From the IMG/VR virus record IMGVR_UViG_3300010373_000055, positions 1-56,732 of that record: a stretch of DNA of 56,732 bases. One strand, 5' to 3'. Positions 1-9,865 of this stretch are shown here, one piece after another. The notes below the pieces were generated by a model. The model was given only the letters and a program-made list of their open reading frames with translations. It did not search any database and was not told the origin of the DNA. The position numbers were made by a program, and so were the translations under genes. Position 1 is the first letter of the stretch. The number at the start of each line of letters is the position of its first letter. The DNA comes from a virus. Its lineage: Duplodnaviria; Caudoviricetes.

Positions 1-9
1 AAAGCTATC

Positions 10-282
10 ATGGATCATTTGAACGAGCGTCACGATATCGAGCGAACCAAGATGAGAAAGTATATGCGCAAGCACGCATTGTCAAATGGCGTCGATTTCT
101 CTGATACCGCCAGCACTGAGGGGGCGCTGCTGAAGTTGTGCGAAGCGCTGGAGAAACGGATGCGAGAAGTCTGCGCGGATATCCGTGATATACCAGAGAT
201 CAACAAGGGCAAGTGGCGGGACTTCTTAGATGGTGTGGCAGATCAGCTAGATGAGTTACTGCCAAATGATGAGGAAGTGTAA
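10..282 (+). CDS. hypothetical protein
   Basis: 90 aa helical ORF overlapping the next gene. Confidence 0.6.
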   Translation: MDHLNERHDIERTKMRKYMRKHALSNGVDFSDTASTEGALLKLCEALEKRMREVCADIRDIPEINKGKWRDFLDGVADQLDELLPNDEEV

Positions 283-772
283 AATATGCGGGCTGAAAAA
301 GCCAAAGTCTGATTTCCACAAATATAAATCAACGAGCAGCAAAGGCATCACATATGAGAACCTGCGAACCTACTGCATTGATTGCGAGCGCAAAAAAGAA
401 CTGCAACGTTACTATGCCAGCACAGCTGATAAAAAAGCCAGGATGCGAGAGCGCAACCGTGAGAGTGCGGCGGCACGACGACGGCGCGAAGGAAAGCCTG
501 TGCGTAAGATCGTCAATGGTGCATATGGAGCGGCACGTACTGGCATGGGCGGTAATGCACACGCAGACAATCTACCGTGGAAGCCGATGCTCAATGCGAT
601 CAAGGCGTCCGGCCTTACATTCAGAGAAGTGGCAGCGCGGACAGGACTTAGTGAACGCACATTCAAACGATCAGAAGAACTTGGCTATGTCACGATCTAC
701 ACGGCGGATGCTATGTGCATTGGAATCGACACGCACCTCAACTTTGTGTACCCGGAGCTAGCTGATGATTAG
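251..772 (+). CDS. Zn-ribbon plus C-terminal HTH DNA-binding protein (start probably 266 or 269)
   Basis: CKIC...CIDC cysteine pairs; HTH-like LTFREVAARTGLSERTFKR. Confidence 0.6.
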   Translation: MSYCQMMRKCKICGLKKPKSDFHKYKSTSSKGITYENLRTYCIDCERKKELQRYYASTADKKARMRERNRESAAARRRREGKPVRKIVNGAYGAARTGMGGNAHADNLPWKPMLNAIKASGLTFREVAARTGLSERTFKRSEELGYVTIYTADAMCIGIDTHLNFVYPELADD

Positions 773-1670
773 AGTTCGGTGTAATGATGAAGATTGGTAT
801 GTACTAGCGCAGGATATTCCGCGTGATCTGTACTTGCTTTGTAAGCAGCCACCAATGACTCCTGTGCAGTATGTAAGTGCCGATGATTGGGGAATACCAT
901 CCGAGTGGAATGGCACTTGGTTTGCAGGAGTGCAGATCGAAAGCGCAATGAGAGAACCAGATGAGCCTCTAGACGCTAAAGGGTTCATGGACCAGATGAA
1001 GCGTAACATGCAGGAGGCAGGAATCACGTATACAGATGGTGACCCAATCGACAAGATTGTCAAAGCGATGAGTACGGAGTTTTTCAAAATCATGAATTCA
1101 GCTACAGAGAAAACTATTAGTTTTGACAATGCACAGGAAGAATATAACCGTCTGACTGATCGTATGAGACAGAGATTTCTGAGGGAACAGGAAACCAAAA
1201 TGCGCCCACCAGACGCTTCATACACCATGCAGGATGCTCTCGATTGGGCGTTCAGGAGTGGTGAGGAGTGGTGGGGTTGGGTTGATCGCAGCCGAGTTCT
1301 GAAGTCGGGCGTCAAAGTCAAAGTATTGGGCGTCGGAGATTTGGATAAATGGGATGAGTTTACGCCCGACTTCGCCAAGGAGTACCCACAGAACTTTGCG
1401 CATGTTGGTGTAATCTGGACAGAACGTGATCTCACCGCCGAGGAGGCGGCACAGATCATCGACCCGAGCGGAGCGCTTAGCAGCAAGTTGAGCAGGCTGC
1501 GCACTGAAGATTGCGATAGCTTTGAGGCTGCTTGGGACTTCATCGAATACCTAGCAGATGAAGAAATGGGCGAAGCTAACTGTATCAAGAAGCAGAATCT
1601 AGTCTGTTACGTGAGGAGAGGGGCAGTTTGGCAGGCTATTCAGGAGGGACTGCCTGAGACAAGGCTATAG
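765..1670 (+). CDS. hypothetical protein
   Basis: 301 aa ORF, GGAG RBS, overlaps upstream stop. Confidence 0.7.
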   Translation: MIRVRCNDEDWYVLAQDIPRDLYLLCKQPPMTPVQYVSADDWGIPSEWNGTWFAGVQIESAMREPDEPLDAKGFMDQMKRNMQEAGITYTDGDPIDKIVKAMSTEFFKIMNSATEKTISFDNAQEEYNRLTDRMRQRFLREQETKMRPPDASYTMQDALDWAFRSGEEWWGWVDRSRVLKSGVKVKVLGVGDLDKWDEFTPDFAKEYPQNFAHVGVIWTERDLTAEEAAQIIDPSGALSSKLSRLRTEDCDSFEAAWDFIEYLADEEMGEANCIKKQNLVCYVRRGAVWQAIQEGLPETRL

Positions 1671-1772
1671 ACGTGCTCGGAGGCTTACAGAGGCAGGGGT
1701 AGGAGGCGTTTGCAGGGCTATAGGGCTACTACCCTACTACTAGAGGTCTAAAACGGCTTAGAAAGGACTACA

Positions 1773-2237
1773 ATGAGCAGACGAGGCGAAGAAATCAAGG
1801 CAGCAGACGAGCTACGTCGAGAGCTTTTTGAAGAAGGTTGGGAGCGGAATGAGGATGCGATTCCAGATTGTCGCCAGTGGTGTTGGGATTGTGCTTGCGA
1901 AGCGCGGTCTTTGGCGCTAGTTTCCAACGGAGAAAAACGCAAAAATTGGAACAAAATATCACACAGATTCTTGGAAGTTGTTGTGATCTTTGATGTCAAG
2001 TCTATATTTGAGTTGCGCAAAGACATGGAGGAACAGCTGACTGGCTCTGTGTTGATTTCAATTAGCTCTGAAAGCTGGCGCGAGGTTCAGGTGGAGCAGC
2101 TAAGACAGCGCATGATTGAGATAGCTAACTGGGCAATTGAGTACAAGAAGATGGGGCGAGAGGTAGACAAGGCTATTTTGAAGATGCACAATTTGGAGAA
2201 ATACTTGGGTGATATGATCGAACTTGATGGTAAGTAA
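1773..2237 (+). CDS. hypothetical protein
   Basis: 154 aa ORF, AAAGGA RBS. Confidence 0.65.
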   Translation: MSRRGEEIKAADELRRELFEEGWERNEDAIPDCRQWCWDCACEARSLALVSNGEKRKNWNKISHRFLEVVVIFDVKSIFELRKDMEEQLTGSVLISISSESWREVQVEQLRQRMIEIANWAIEYKKMGREVDKAILKMHNLEKYLGDMIELDGK

Positions 2238-2246
2238 ATTGGAGGC

Positions 2247-2413
2247 TTCGCGCGTATACGCGGGACGGAAGGACTCACTAGCGCGACAGCAGCTTATTGT
2301 CGAAACGATTTTTGCGGTGTGTGTGTGTGTTTTCGAGGCTTAGCGAAATCGAAAATTGCAATAGGGGTTAGCTGGGCTCGCGCTAGTGAGACTGTCCGTC
2401 CTATGCGTGCGAG
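2247..2413 (+). ncRNA. candidate long rod-like structured RNA (or DNA cruciform)
   Basis: Nested inverted repeats 2247-2258/2402-2413, 2263-2269/2395-2401, 2274-2286/2378-2390 (perfect 13 bp); (GT)7 at the centre. Confidence 0.45.
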
Positions 2414-2421
2414 GGGGTTTC

Positions 2422-2988
2422 ATGAAGCGATTTGAGGTTGAGAGTTCTGTTGGTGATTTGGTAGGGCGTTATGGTATAATGGGGCTTGATTTAGGAGGTG
2501 TTAGTGGTGTCACGACTTGGATTGGCGATGTACGATCTGGCGATTCGATCAGCGGTACGTTGCGGGCTGGGCGGTTTGAATGGACGCAGGTGGACTGTGG
2601 TAAAGGGACCGCTGATGGTGAGCGTCGGGGAGCGGAACGAATCGCAGGCGAATGGTTGGATTTTGAATTTGAGTGTTGTTTATCCTCTGTGCCTGTTGGA
2701 AATCGACTGTTGTGTATCGAGGATTACCGACTGCGCAGTAGACCGGGAGGCATGGCCGGGGGCTCGATGGCGCGGGTGGGTGTTTCTTCACCACGACTTG
2801 CTGGGCTGGTCGAGGGAATGTTGGTTAGAGCTATTCCAGGGGAGAGGATCATTCGTACAGTACCCGCTACCAGTAAGTCGTTTGCCACTAATGCGCGACT
2901 GAAAGACTGGGGGTTATGGTGTAGGGGCGGCGAGCACGCGAGGGATGCTGCGCGGCAGATTGCGGTGCAGGTCGCACGCTTCCTCTAA
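2422..2988 (+). CDS. RuvC-like Holliday junction resolvase
   Basis: IMGLDLGG, LCIEDY and HARDAARQ match the RuvC/RNase H acidic residue pattern. Confidence 0.7.
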   Translation: MKRFEVESSVGDLVGRYGIMGLDLGGVSGVTTWIGDVRSGDSISGTLRAGRFEWTQVDCGKGTADGERRGAERIAGEWLDFEFECCLSSVPVGNRLLCIEDYRLRSRPGGMAGGSMARVGVSSPRLAGLVEGMLVRAIPGERIIRTVPATSKSFATNARLKDWGLWCRGGEHARDAARQIAVQVARFL

Positions 2989-3091
2989 AATCGTTCCGCA
3001 GAAAAGTTGGGCTCTAAATATGCGTCGTGCGCGCGTGCAGGCGAGTAACTGTGCAATTTTGGTAATAAAAACCAAGTGCTACGCTACACAC

Positions 3092-3628
3092 ATGTCCTAT
3101 GTCGTTACCAGGCGTCGCAAGGGGAAAATGGTTACTACTGAGCCCTTGGCCGCTTGGCGCGTTGAGCGTGCTAGAGAGCGTAGTTATTTGGACACGCTCG
3201 ACAAGGCTGAGCTTGCAGATTGTATGCAGGAACTAATCAATGAAGTTGCCTTTGAGCTACGTTACGCAAACGCAGAAGTAGGACGCTTGAAGCCGGGTTT
3301 GAGTGAGAAACCATTCGACCCTGTAACCACTAAGATGGCTCACGAGTTGTGGGTTTCTGTGGATGTGAATGGTAACAGGATCGTTGACTTTTCTCTATGG
3401 ATCAAACGGGTAGATTCGCTTCAGGACAAGCTGTTCAAGATGGTAGAAGTGGCACAGAAACTGGGCCTCACCGACCGCCTCACCAAAGCCAAGGAGGCTG
3501 AAGTAGCATTGCTGGGCGAGGCGTTAGCGGCGGCATGTAGGCGCATAGGAATGGAGGAGGACGTACAGCGGGAGTTGGGTTCAGCACTGCGCAAGGAGTT
3601 AGCAGTCATCGAGGGTAAAGCAAAATGA
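3092..3628 (+). CDS. putative terminase small subunit
   Basis: Helical C-terminus (GLTDRLTKAKEAEVALLGEAL) resembles actinophage TerS; upstream of TerL; start uncertain (3092 or 3128). Confidence 0.5.
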   Translation: MSYVVTRRRKGKMVTTEPLAAWRVERARERSYLDTLDKAELADCMQELINEVAFELRYANAEVGRLKPGLSEKPFDPVTTKMAHELWVSVDVNGNRIVDFSLWIKRVDSLQDKLFKMVEVAQKLGLTDRLTKAKEAEVALLGEALAAACRRIGMEEDVQRELGSALRKELAVIEGKAK

Positions 3629-3783
3629 ATAAATTGCGAACACGATTTGCACTATGGATTGCACCATGGCTAGAAGAAGAGATAGATGATCCGTGGGAAG
3701 TTATTGATAAACTAACCGATGAAGTGTGTGGTAAACACTTCATTGATGAGCAGGGTAATATATACTGGGCGGCATACCAATAG
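3625..3783 (+). CDS. small hypothetical protein (52 aa)
   Basis: ATGA-coupled to the upstream stop; MNKLRTRFALWIAPWLEE... Confidence 0.5.
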   Translation: MNKLRTRFALWIAPWLEEEIDDPWEVIDKLTDEVCGKHFIDEQGNIYWAAYQ

Positions 3784-3790
3784 CAGATAG

Positions 3791-4198
3791 ATGAAACGAA
3801 CGGCACATTTAGAAGCGCTTAGGATTGCTGATAAGGAACTTGCAGCGGAGCGAGACCGCAGGTATGCAGCGGAAATAGTGGAGCGCGAAAAGGCATTGCG
3901 TATCAAGGATGAGGCAGACAAGACAGCCCTTGGACTTGAACGGGAAATCCAGGTTTACAAGGATGAGAAGGCTAATGAGCTACGCAGCCAGATCGAGAAA
4001 GAACGTGGAGAAATGGCTACCAAGGATGATCTTGCGGCCCTCAGCGAACGCTTTGATGTATCGCACAAGCCCGTGGTTGAATTCATGAGCGAGCAGAAAT
4101 CAGCACAGGCGAGTTTGGCACAGTTTCAGGCAAGGATGGTAGGACTTGTTGGATTGATGGTGTCTATCGGTGTAACCATAACGATTCTAACTCGATAA
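3791..4198 (+). CDS. coiled-coil protein with C-terminal TM helix
   Basis: Charged coil followed by MVGLVGLMVSIGVTITIL. Confidence 0.7.
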   Translation: MKRTAHLEALRIADKELAAERDRRYAAEIVEREKALRIKDEADKTALGLEREIQVYKDEKANELRSQIEKERGEMATKDDLAALSERFDVSHKPVVEFMSEQKSAQASLAQFQARMVGLVGLMVSIGVTITILTR

Positions 4199-4521
4199 TG
4201 GACGACCGCGATAAAACAGGTGAACGAGAATCTGGTAACATACGGATGCGGCAGATGGAACGCGAGCTTGCACGCATTGGAGAGCTTGTTGGCAGCGGAC
4301 GTGCAGACATTAGCTTGGTAACAAGCGTAGCTCTATTGCAATCAAGTGTGAAAGACTTACGAGACGATATCAAAAACTTGAAACGAGATTTTGATGAGCG
4401 AGAGAAGTTCCACGCAGACGAACGGAGGTCACTCAGGGTTGCACTCATAGGGCTTACAGCGACGATCATTGCAAGCCTGATTGCAGCAGCAGTGACACTC
4501 TACGTTTCGAGCCATCGATGA
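4198..4521 (+). CDS. coiled-coil protein with C-terminal TM helix (holin/XhlA-like topology)
   Basis: VALIGLTATIIASLIAAAVTLYV. Confidence 0.65.
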   Translation: MDDRDKTGERESGNIRMRQMERELARIGELVGSGRADISLVTSVALLQSSVKDLRDDIKNLKRDFDEREKFHADERRSLRVALIGLTATIIASLIAAAVTLYVSSHR

Positions 4522-4811
4522 CGGACTTTACCAAACACCACCTAACACTAATCACAACTACACTCACAGCTTGCGTCGCGCTGCTCGCGGTAACGGCGGT
4601 AGTACTGAGTGTATTGGCATTCACAAGTGCAAACAGCAGCATCAAAGGTAACTGCAACAACATTGAGGAAGTCAAGACTAGCCTGCGACAGATCATTGGT
4701 GAGGCAAAGACGCTCCAGGAAAAATCACCCGTGCGATCCAAACTAGAAAAGGAAGCATCCACACAGTTCTACACTGATACTCTTGGAAGGCTCAAGGGAA
4801 GGAATTGCTAA
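4518..4811 (+). CDS. membrane protein with N-terminal TM helix
   Basis: LTACVALLAVTAVVLSVLAF; two Cys in the soluble part. Confidence 0.65.
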   Translation: MTDFTKHHLTLITTTLTACVALLAVTAVVLSVLAFTSANSSIKGNCNNIEEVKTSLRQIIGEAKTLQEKSPVRSKLEKEASTQFYTDTLGRLKGRNC

Positions 4812-5185
4812 TGAACAAGCCTAAATCAAACTTTGACCCACCAGTGTTTGCACCAAAAGGTGGGGTTGAGGCTCGCGGGGACACTGCCCTGGCGCGCGCA
4901 GTACGGGGCGGAGCTTGCGTCAATTGTGGCAAAGGCTCTGCCCCGTTCTGCACTGATCGCTGCCGGGCAGAGTTCCGAGACAAGGTTGGGCAGCGCGCTT
5001 ATGAAGTAAAGCACGGTTGCCCGCCACCTGTAAGAGTTGGTGCGCCACGCAAACGACAGATCCACGCGAGGCAGTCGAAGATGGCAGGTTTACGCGGTGC
5101 CGAGGTCTCGACGTTCGGTGCACGCCGTAGTCCAAAGACAAAACCATATTCGCGCAGCGTGCATGGAAACTATTTGGTGAAATAA
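4811..5185 (+). CDS. basic Zn-finger protein
   Basis: CVNCG...FCTDRC. Confidence 0.55.
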   Translation: MNKPKSNFDPPVFAPKGGVEARGDTALARAVRGGACVNCGKGSAPFCTDRCRAEFRDKVGQRAYEVKHGCPPPVRVGAPRKRQIHARQSKMAGLRGAEVSTFGARRSPKTKPYSRSVHGNYLVK

Positions 5186-5865
5186 TGGCGATGACAAACG
5201 AAGAAATCCGTAAAGCTGCTCGACGGTATTGGGGTAAGTTGAAACGCACCGAAGAAATCCAGATGGAAGCGAACGGGATTCGAGCCGAACTGGAAAATGA
5301 AGGTGTCGATGTTGCTAACTGTGCACCAGGACAGATGGTAAAACGAACAGTGGTGGAAGTGGGATCGGAATAATGCCCGCACCTGGCTTCCCTTCACAGA
5401 ACCCAGCGCGCAACACTCCAGGCGTGCGCCCACCCACAAGCGGCGGCACACTACTGGAATGGCTAAAATGGAGGTTCCCTAGCGTAGCTACGCAGGTGGA
5501 AGGGATCAAGCACGATACCAGGGAGGATTACAAGAGCGCGGATTACGCTAAGCAGCACCCAGGTAAGACAGGAAGGACACCGTAATGGGTTTGTTACTAG
5601 ACATACTGATAATTGTAGTTGTGGTTTACCTGATAGTTTTCTTTGTGAGAAGGATTGGCTGATGTTTGTTTGGGAGAGCAAAGCTAAACGGGAACGTCGG
5701 GAGAAAGATATCCAGATGCTCTCGAATTGCTGCGACGCCTTTGGGGAGTTTTATGCTTGTCGCCAGGAGATATTCAACAACCGCAAAATCGTACCACGCA
5801 TGAATGAGGCGATGGAACGTCGAGTGCCACTGGTAAATGCACTGGACGATAGGATGCGACCATGA
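5185..5865 (+). other. four translationally coupled micro-ORFs (5185-5373, 5373-5585, 5585-5662 TM peptide, 5662-5865)
   Basis: TAATG/TGATG overlaps; 5585-5662 reads MGLLLDILIIVVVVYLIVFFVRRIG. Confidence 0.55.
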
Positions 5866-6275
5866 GAAAACAGTGTAAAACTCGTGGTATTCTTGGTGAG
5901 ACGAGTATAGGTCCACATCACATACCTGATTTTGCAATACCTGAGAAAGCTAAAGATGAAAATGACATGTTGCCACTGCCACTGCGTGATTTTCACTATA
6001 TTGCAGGAGCATGGGCGCGTAAGTATTTTCCCAGGTATGGTCTAGAATATTCACATCCAACGGCGTTTACTCTACCAGCATGAACAAACAGTGTAAAGAC
6101 ATGCGCGAATGGAAGCTCATATCACAGCCGGGCCGCATCTTTGCGCACGCGGGGCCAGCGTTCTCTGAGGCTGAGATATGGGTTGTGCCGAAAAACGCGC
6201 TGAAGACCTTGAAGCAGAATTAGCTTCGGTGCGTGCGTTTATGCGCGAACTAGCACAATGAGAAAACAGTGTAAA
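5862..6275 (+). repeat. three copies of ATGARMAAACAGTGTAAA starting consecutive micro-ORFs (5862, 6080, 6258)
   Basis: Copies at 5862 and 6258 are identical over 18 nt; the 6080 copy differs at 2 nt; all encode M(R/N)KQCK. Confidence 0.85.
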
Positions 6276-6594
6276 GAAGGAAACCATGTGTACAAAAGCG
6301 CAACACTCAAGTGTTGGTACTGCGGAAGGCCCAAGACATGATTCTAGTAATCGTAGTGGCGGGCACGCTAGCGCTAGCTTGGCTGCTAGGGAGAGTGAAC
6401 CCAACATGAAGCTATATCGGGTAAACGTTGATTACACAGAGAACGAAAACAAACGTAGTGGTTTCACTGTAACTATAAAAGCTAAGAATGGCGAAGAGTT
6501 ATTTGATATGCTGGGGAAAGACTTGAAGGAACACTATGGGGTAAATGCAGCAGATATTGTCAAGATCAAAACAGAGCTGGTTTGGTCGGAGTAA
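6258..6594 (+). other. coupled micro-ORFs: 6258-6341 Zn-finger peptide, 6338-6409 TM peptide, 6406-6594 hypothetical
   Basis: ATGA overlaps; C-x4-H-x8-C-x2-C in the first; MILVIVVAGTLALAWLLG in the second. Confidence 0.5.
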
Positions 6595-6596
6595 CC

Positions 6597-8030
6597 ATGT
6601 CGAGCGTTCTTAGTCGTGTCGCTGATTTTCTTGATCCTCTCCCGGTGGAACCTATCCGGGAGTGGATACAGACACGGCTCAAAGAGCATGTGTGGAAAAA
6701 GCAGGTGGAGATATGCGAGAGCGTCGAACGGAACCGATTCACAGCGGTCCAGTAGGCACACGGTACAGGGAAGTCATTTATCGCCAGTCGGATTTGCGCC
6801 GCGTGGTTGGACAGGTACGCTCCTGGCGAGGCGTTCGTAGTGACAAGCGCACCAAGCGACAAACAGGTAAAAGCAATATTGTGGAGGGAGATAGGACGTG
6901 CACACCGAAAGGGTAATCTTGAGGGAAGGATTACTCTGGACGCCAATTGGTACATCGGTGACGAAATCGTTGCTTATGGTCGCAAGCCTCAGGACCTTAC
7001 GGACCCTAACGAGGCGATGCAGGCGTTTCAGGGAATCCATGCCCGCTATGTACTTGTGGTGCTCGATGAGGCTTGTGGTGTACCTCCTTGGCTGTGGGTT
7101 GCAGCCGAATCCCTTGTCACAAACGCCAACAGCCGAATACTTGCGATTGGGAACCCGGATGACCCATCATCTGAGTTTGAGAAAAACTGTCGCCCTGGAA
7201 GCGGTTGGCATAATATCAAGATTTCAGCGTTTGATCTACCGTGGAACACTGGCGAGGTTATACCACCAAGCTTAGAAGATTTGCTCACAGGTCAGATGTG
7301 GGTGGAAGAGCGCAAACGTAAGTGGGGCGAGGAAAGCCCATATTACATTTCCAAGGTCCTGGGTTGTTTCCCGGAGGTCGCAGACGACACACTCATCTCG
7401 CCCGCGATGATCCGGGCGGCACACGAATACGAAACTCAGCACTCGCTGGAGTTTGGTGTAATGGGAGCCGACATCGCGCGGCTAGGCAAGGACCGCACTT
7501 GTGTATACCACAACCGTGGGGGAGAGGTACGCAAGATATACGAGGTCCACAAGCAGTTGACGGACAAGACTGGTGGCAAGCTGATGGCGCTACTGCGGCA
7601 GTTCGCAAATCGTGTACCAATGCAGATAGACGCCATTGGACTCGGAGCTACAGTTTACGACTTCATGAACGCAGTTGGTGCAAACGTGGTGCCATTCGTG
7701 GGAAGCGAAAAAGCACACGTCCGGCCCGACCGCTTCAAGAACAGGCGCGCGGAGGGTTACTGGAATCTGCGCGGCCTCATGGAGGAAGGACTAATTGATC
7801 TAGACCCAGCTGATGAAGATTTAGCTGCTGAGTTGTGCAATATCAAGTTCTGGCACGACACGGCTGGCAGGGTACAGATTGAGACAAAGGAGGAATTAGA
7901 AAAACGAGGATTACCATCACCAGACAACGCGGACGCAGCGATGATGAGTTGCGTGCGGCCACCGGAGTTTTACGTTGATCCTGACCCGTTGCCAAGTTTG
8001 ACGGGCGACCTACTAGACATGCCAATGTAA
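6597..8030 (+). CDS. terL: terminase large subunit (in-frame TAG at 6753-6755)
   Basis: Walker A AVQ*AHGTGKS, Walker B VVLDEA, AIGNP, nuclease GADIARLGKD and SPDNADA; the frame is continuous across the stop. Confidence 0.92.
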
Positions 8031-8046
8031 GGAAAGTGGAGGAGCA

Positions 8047-8241
8047 ATGCCCAAAAAGGTTTTAGAGACCAAGCCGTTTTACCTCTCATCTGAGTTCTAT
8101 GTGCTCATTGGCGCAGGGATTCAGACAGTAATCAATGGAGCACACGACCCCAAGAGCTTGATTCTGAACGGAATCGCAGCCATCTACGCAATCTCACGTG
8201 GACTCGCCAAGAGCTGCGTTTCACACACGACTGGACAGTAA
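8047..8241 (+). CDS. putative holin
   Basis: Two short TM segments; SSEFY...YAISRGLAK pattern; upstream of lysins. Confidence 0.55.
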   Translation: MPKKVLETKPFYLSSEFYVLIGAGIQTVINGAHDPKSLILNGIAAIYAISRGLAKSCVSHTTGQ

Positions 8242-8243
8242 CC

Positions 8244-8465
8244 ATGGCTTTCCTGCGACAGAGCATAGACAAGAAGGAGCGAGTAGCTGGCCTGCTCGAA
8301 GCTGTAGACGACGGCGGGCAGGTGCTCGCCAAAGGCCGCTTAGAGCTAGAGCTTGTGCTGGGTGCATCCCGGCATGGGTCTGTAGCGTTTGTCACAGCAG
8401 AGGGCGCAGGACCACCAGCAGCAGGACATCGCGCCGCGCTTGCGGGAGACGCACTGTTTGGCTAG
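8244..8465 (+). CDS. hypothetical protein
   Basis: 73 aa ORF filling the gap. Confidence 0.5.
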   Translation: MAFLRQSIDKKERVAGLLEAVDDGGQVLAKGRLELELVLGASRHGSVAFVTAEGAGPPAAGHRAALAGDALFG

Positions 8466-8478
8466 GAGCCCAAAAACC

Positions 8479-8817
8479 ATGATAGTACCAGCCACCGAAA
8501 ATCTACCGGCCATCACAGTTGGAGGAACGTGGGAAGTCACGTTTCAGCTTTGGGTCGATAAATACCACAAAGCAAAGTTCAATGCGACAGGGTGGACGTT
8601 TAGCCTTGTCCTCAAGACAGTAAAAACTTTGGTGTCTGGTAATGGTCTGGGAATCAACCCTGCCGAAGGGTTCATTGTAGCGGAATTGACAAAAGCAGAA
8701 ACCGAATCGGAGCCAATCGCAGGGCTCGATGAAATAGCTTACTACCTGAAGATGGAAAACGCAGAAGGCAAACCCCAGTACCCGCTAAAAGGCGTCGTGC
8801 CGATAAACATACCATGA
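8479..8817 (+). CDS. BppU-like beta-sandwich structural protein
   Basis: ITVGGTWEVTFQL...FNATGWTF...GFIVAELTKAET...YYLKM pattern; AGGAG RBS. Confidence 0.45.
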   Translation: MIVPATENLPAITVGGTWEVTFQLWVDKYHKAKFNATGWTFSLVLKTVKTLVSGNGLGINPAEGFIVAELTKAETESEPIAGLDEIAYYLKMENAEGKPQYPLKGVVPINIP

Positions 8818-9047
8818 GCGAACCACTAGATATCATAATCTCCTCGCCACCTGTTATCAGCGTCAATCTCGAACCGCTTGCTGAGATTGAGGTTGGTATC
8901 GGTGGACCGGAAGGAGCCAACTCGAAGCCCGGCACTGTGTACTTGGCGGCAGGACAGACAGAACCAAAATTGCCTGGACCGTTCGTTTGGTTGCAGACAG
9001 ATGGTAAAGAAAAAATCAAAGCGATCTGGACAGAAGGAATAGTGTAA
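8814..9047 (+). CDS. hypothetical protein (possible fibre-anchor peptide)
   Basis: 77 aa, coupled; GGPEG...VWLQTD. Confidence 0.5.
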   Translation: MSEPLDIIISSPPVISVNLEPLAEIEVGIGGPEGANSKPGTVYLAAGQTEPKLPGPFVWLQTDGKEKIKAIWTEGIV

Positions 9048-9865
9048 TGGCTGTCAAAATCGGCCCACTAATAATATCCAAGGCGGAAGATACATTTTTT
9101 GAAGGCTCCATGAAAGCTGTTGCTGAAACGGTGGTAATGGAAGTCATCAAAGGCATGAACCTTGTGTCGTTTTTCTTCTCGGGAGAATATAACACGGCCA
9201 CGGCAGTCGTTGAGTGCTCATACAATGAAGGTAAAACCTACATGGCGCTTATGGGTGCCAACACGGGAAGTGGCACAAGCACGTCAACTGCTCTGTCCGC
9301 ACAGACCAACACTCCGATCGGTTGGGAGGCAGCGATCCCGCCTGGAGTAACGCATGTGCGGGCGCGCTGTACGATTTTGACAAGTGGTACGATCAACGTG
9401 AAGATAACGCAGGGTGCCGGTTACTACGAGCCAGTTATCGGACTTGTCAACGGAACACTATCGGCAGCTGGTGCTGTAATTGGAGGAGTATTCGCTCCGG
9501 GCCAGTGGACCGATATTTCCAGCACGAACTTGACAAAAGGTTCGAGCATGGCAACTCCGGGAAGCGTAGACCTTGCGGTAGTAGCGACTGCTACGGCTTT
9601 TACTAACACCAGCATTGGTGTGGGAGAGGTACGACTGAGCGCTACTGCGAACTGTAAAGGCACGCTGTATTTGGAAGTAAGTAGGGACAACGCATTATTC
9701 AAGAAGATCAAGAGCGTCGAACTAGCGCAGGCCGTTGGCTGTGAATACTATGCGGAGATAGTCCATAAACCGTCAGTGCGATGGGTGCGGGCGGCATTTA
9801 CAAATGGCTTCGAAGCCGAACAGACATTTTTTATGTGTCAGATGATGAGGGTAGGCATAGCATGA
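9047..9865 (+). CDS. beta-rich putative virion protein with two similar domains
   Basis: T/G/S/V-rich; VECSYNEG..HVRARC and LEVSRDN..WVRAAFTNG. Confidence 0.5.
   Translation: MAVKIGPLIISKAEDTFFEGSMKAVAETVVMEVIKGMNLVSFFFSGEYNTATAVVECSYNEGKTYMALMGANTGSGTSTSTALSAQTNTPIGWEAAIPPGVTHVRARCTILTSGTINVKITQGAGYYEPVIGLVNGTLSAAGAVIGGVFAPGQWTDISSTNLTKGSSMATPGSVDLAVVATATAFTNTSIGVGEVRLSATANCKGTLYLEVSRDNALFKKIKSVELAQAVGCEYYAEIVHKPSVRWVRAAFTNGFEAEQTFFMCQMMRVGIA

Noticed and set aside
2317-2330. (GT)7 as a phase-variation tract
   Set aside because: Intergenic, with no evident promoter or frame dependence; treated as part of the hairpin
5862-6275. Mini CRISPR array
   Set aside because: The repeats are 18 nt with 160-200 nt coding intervals
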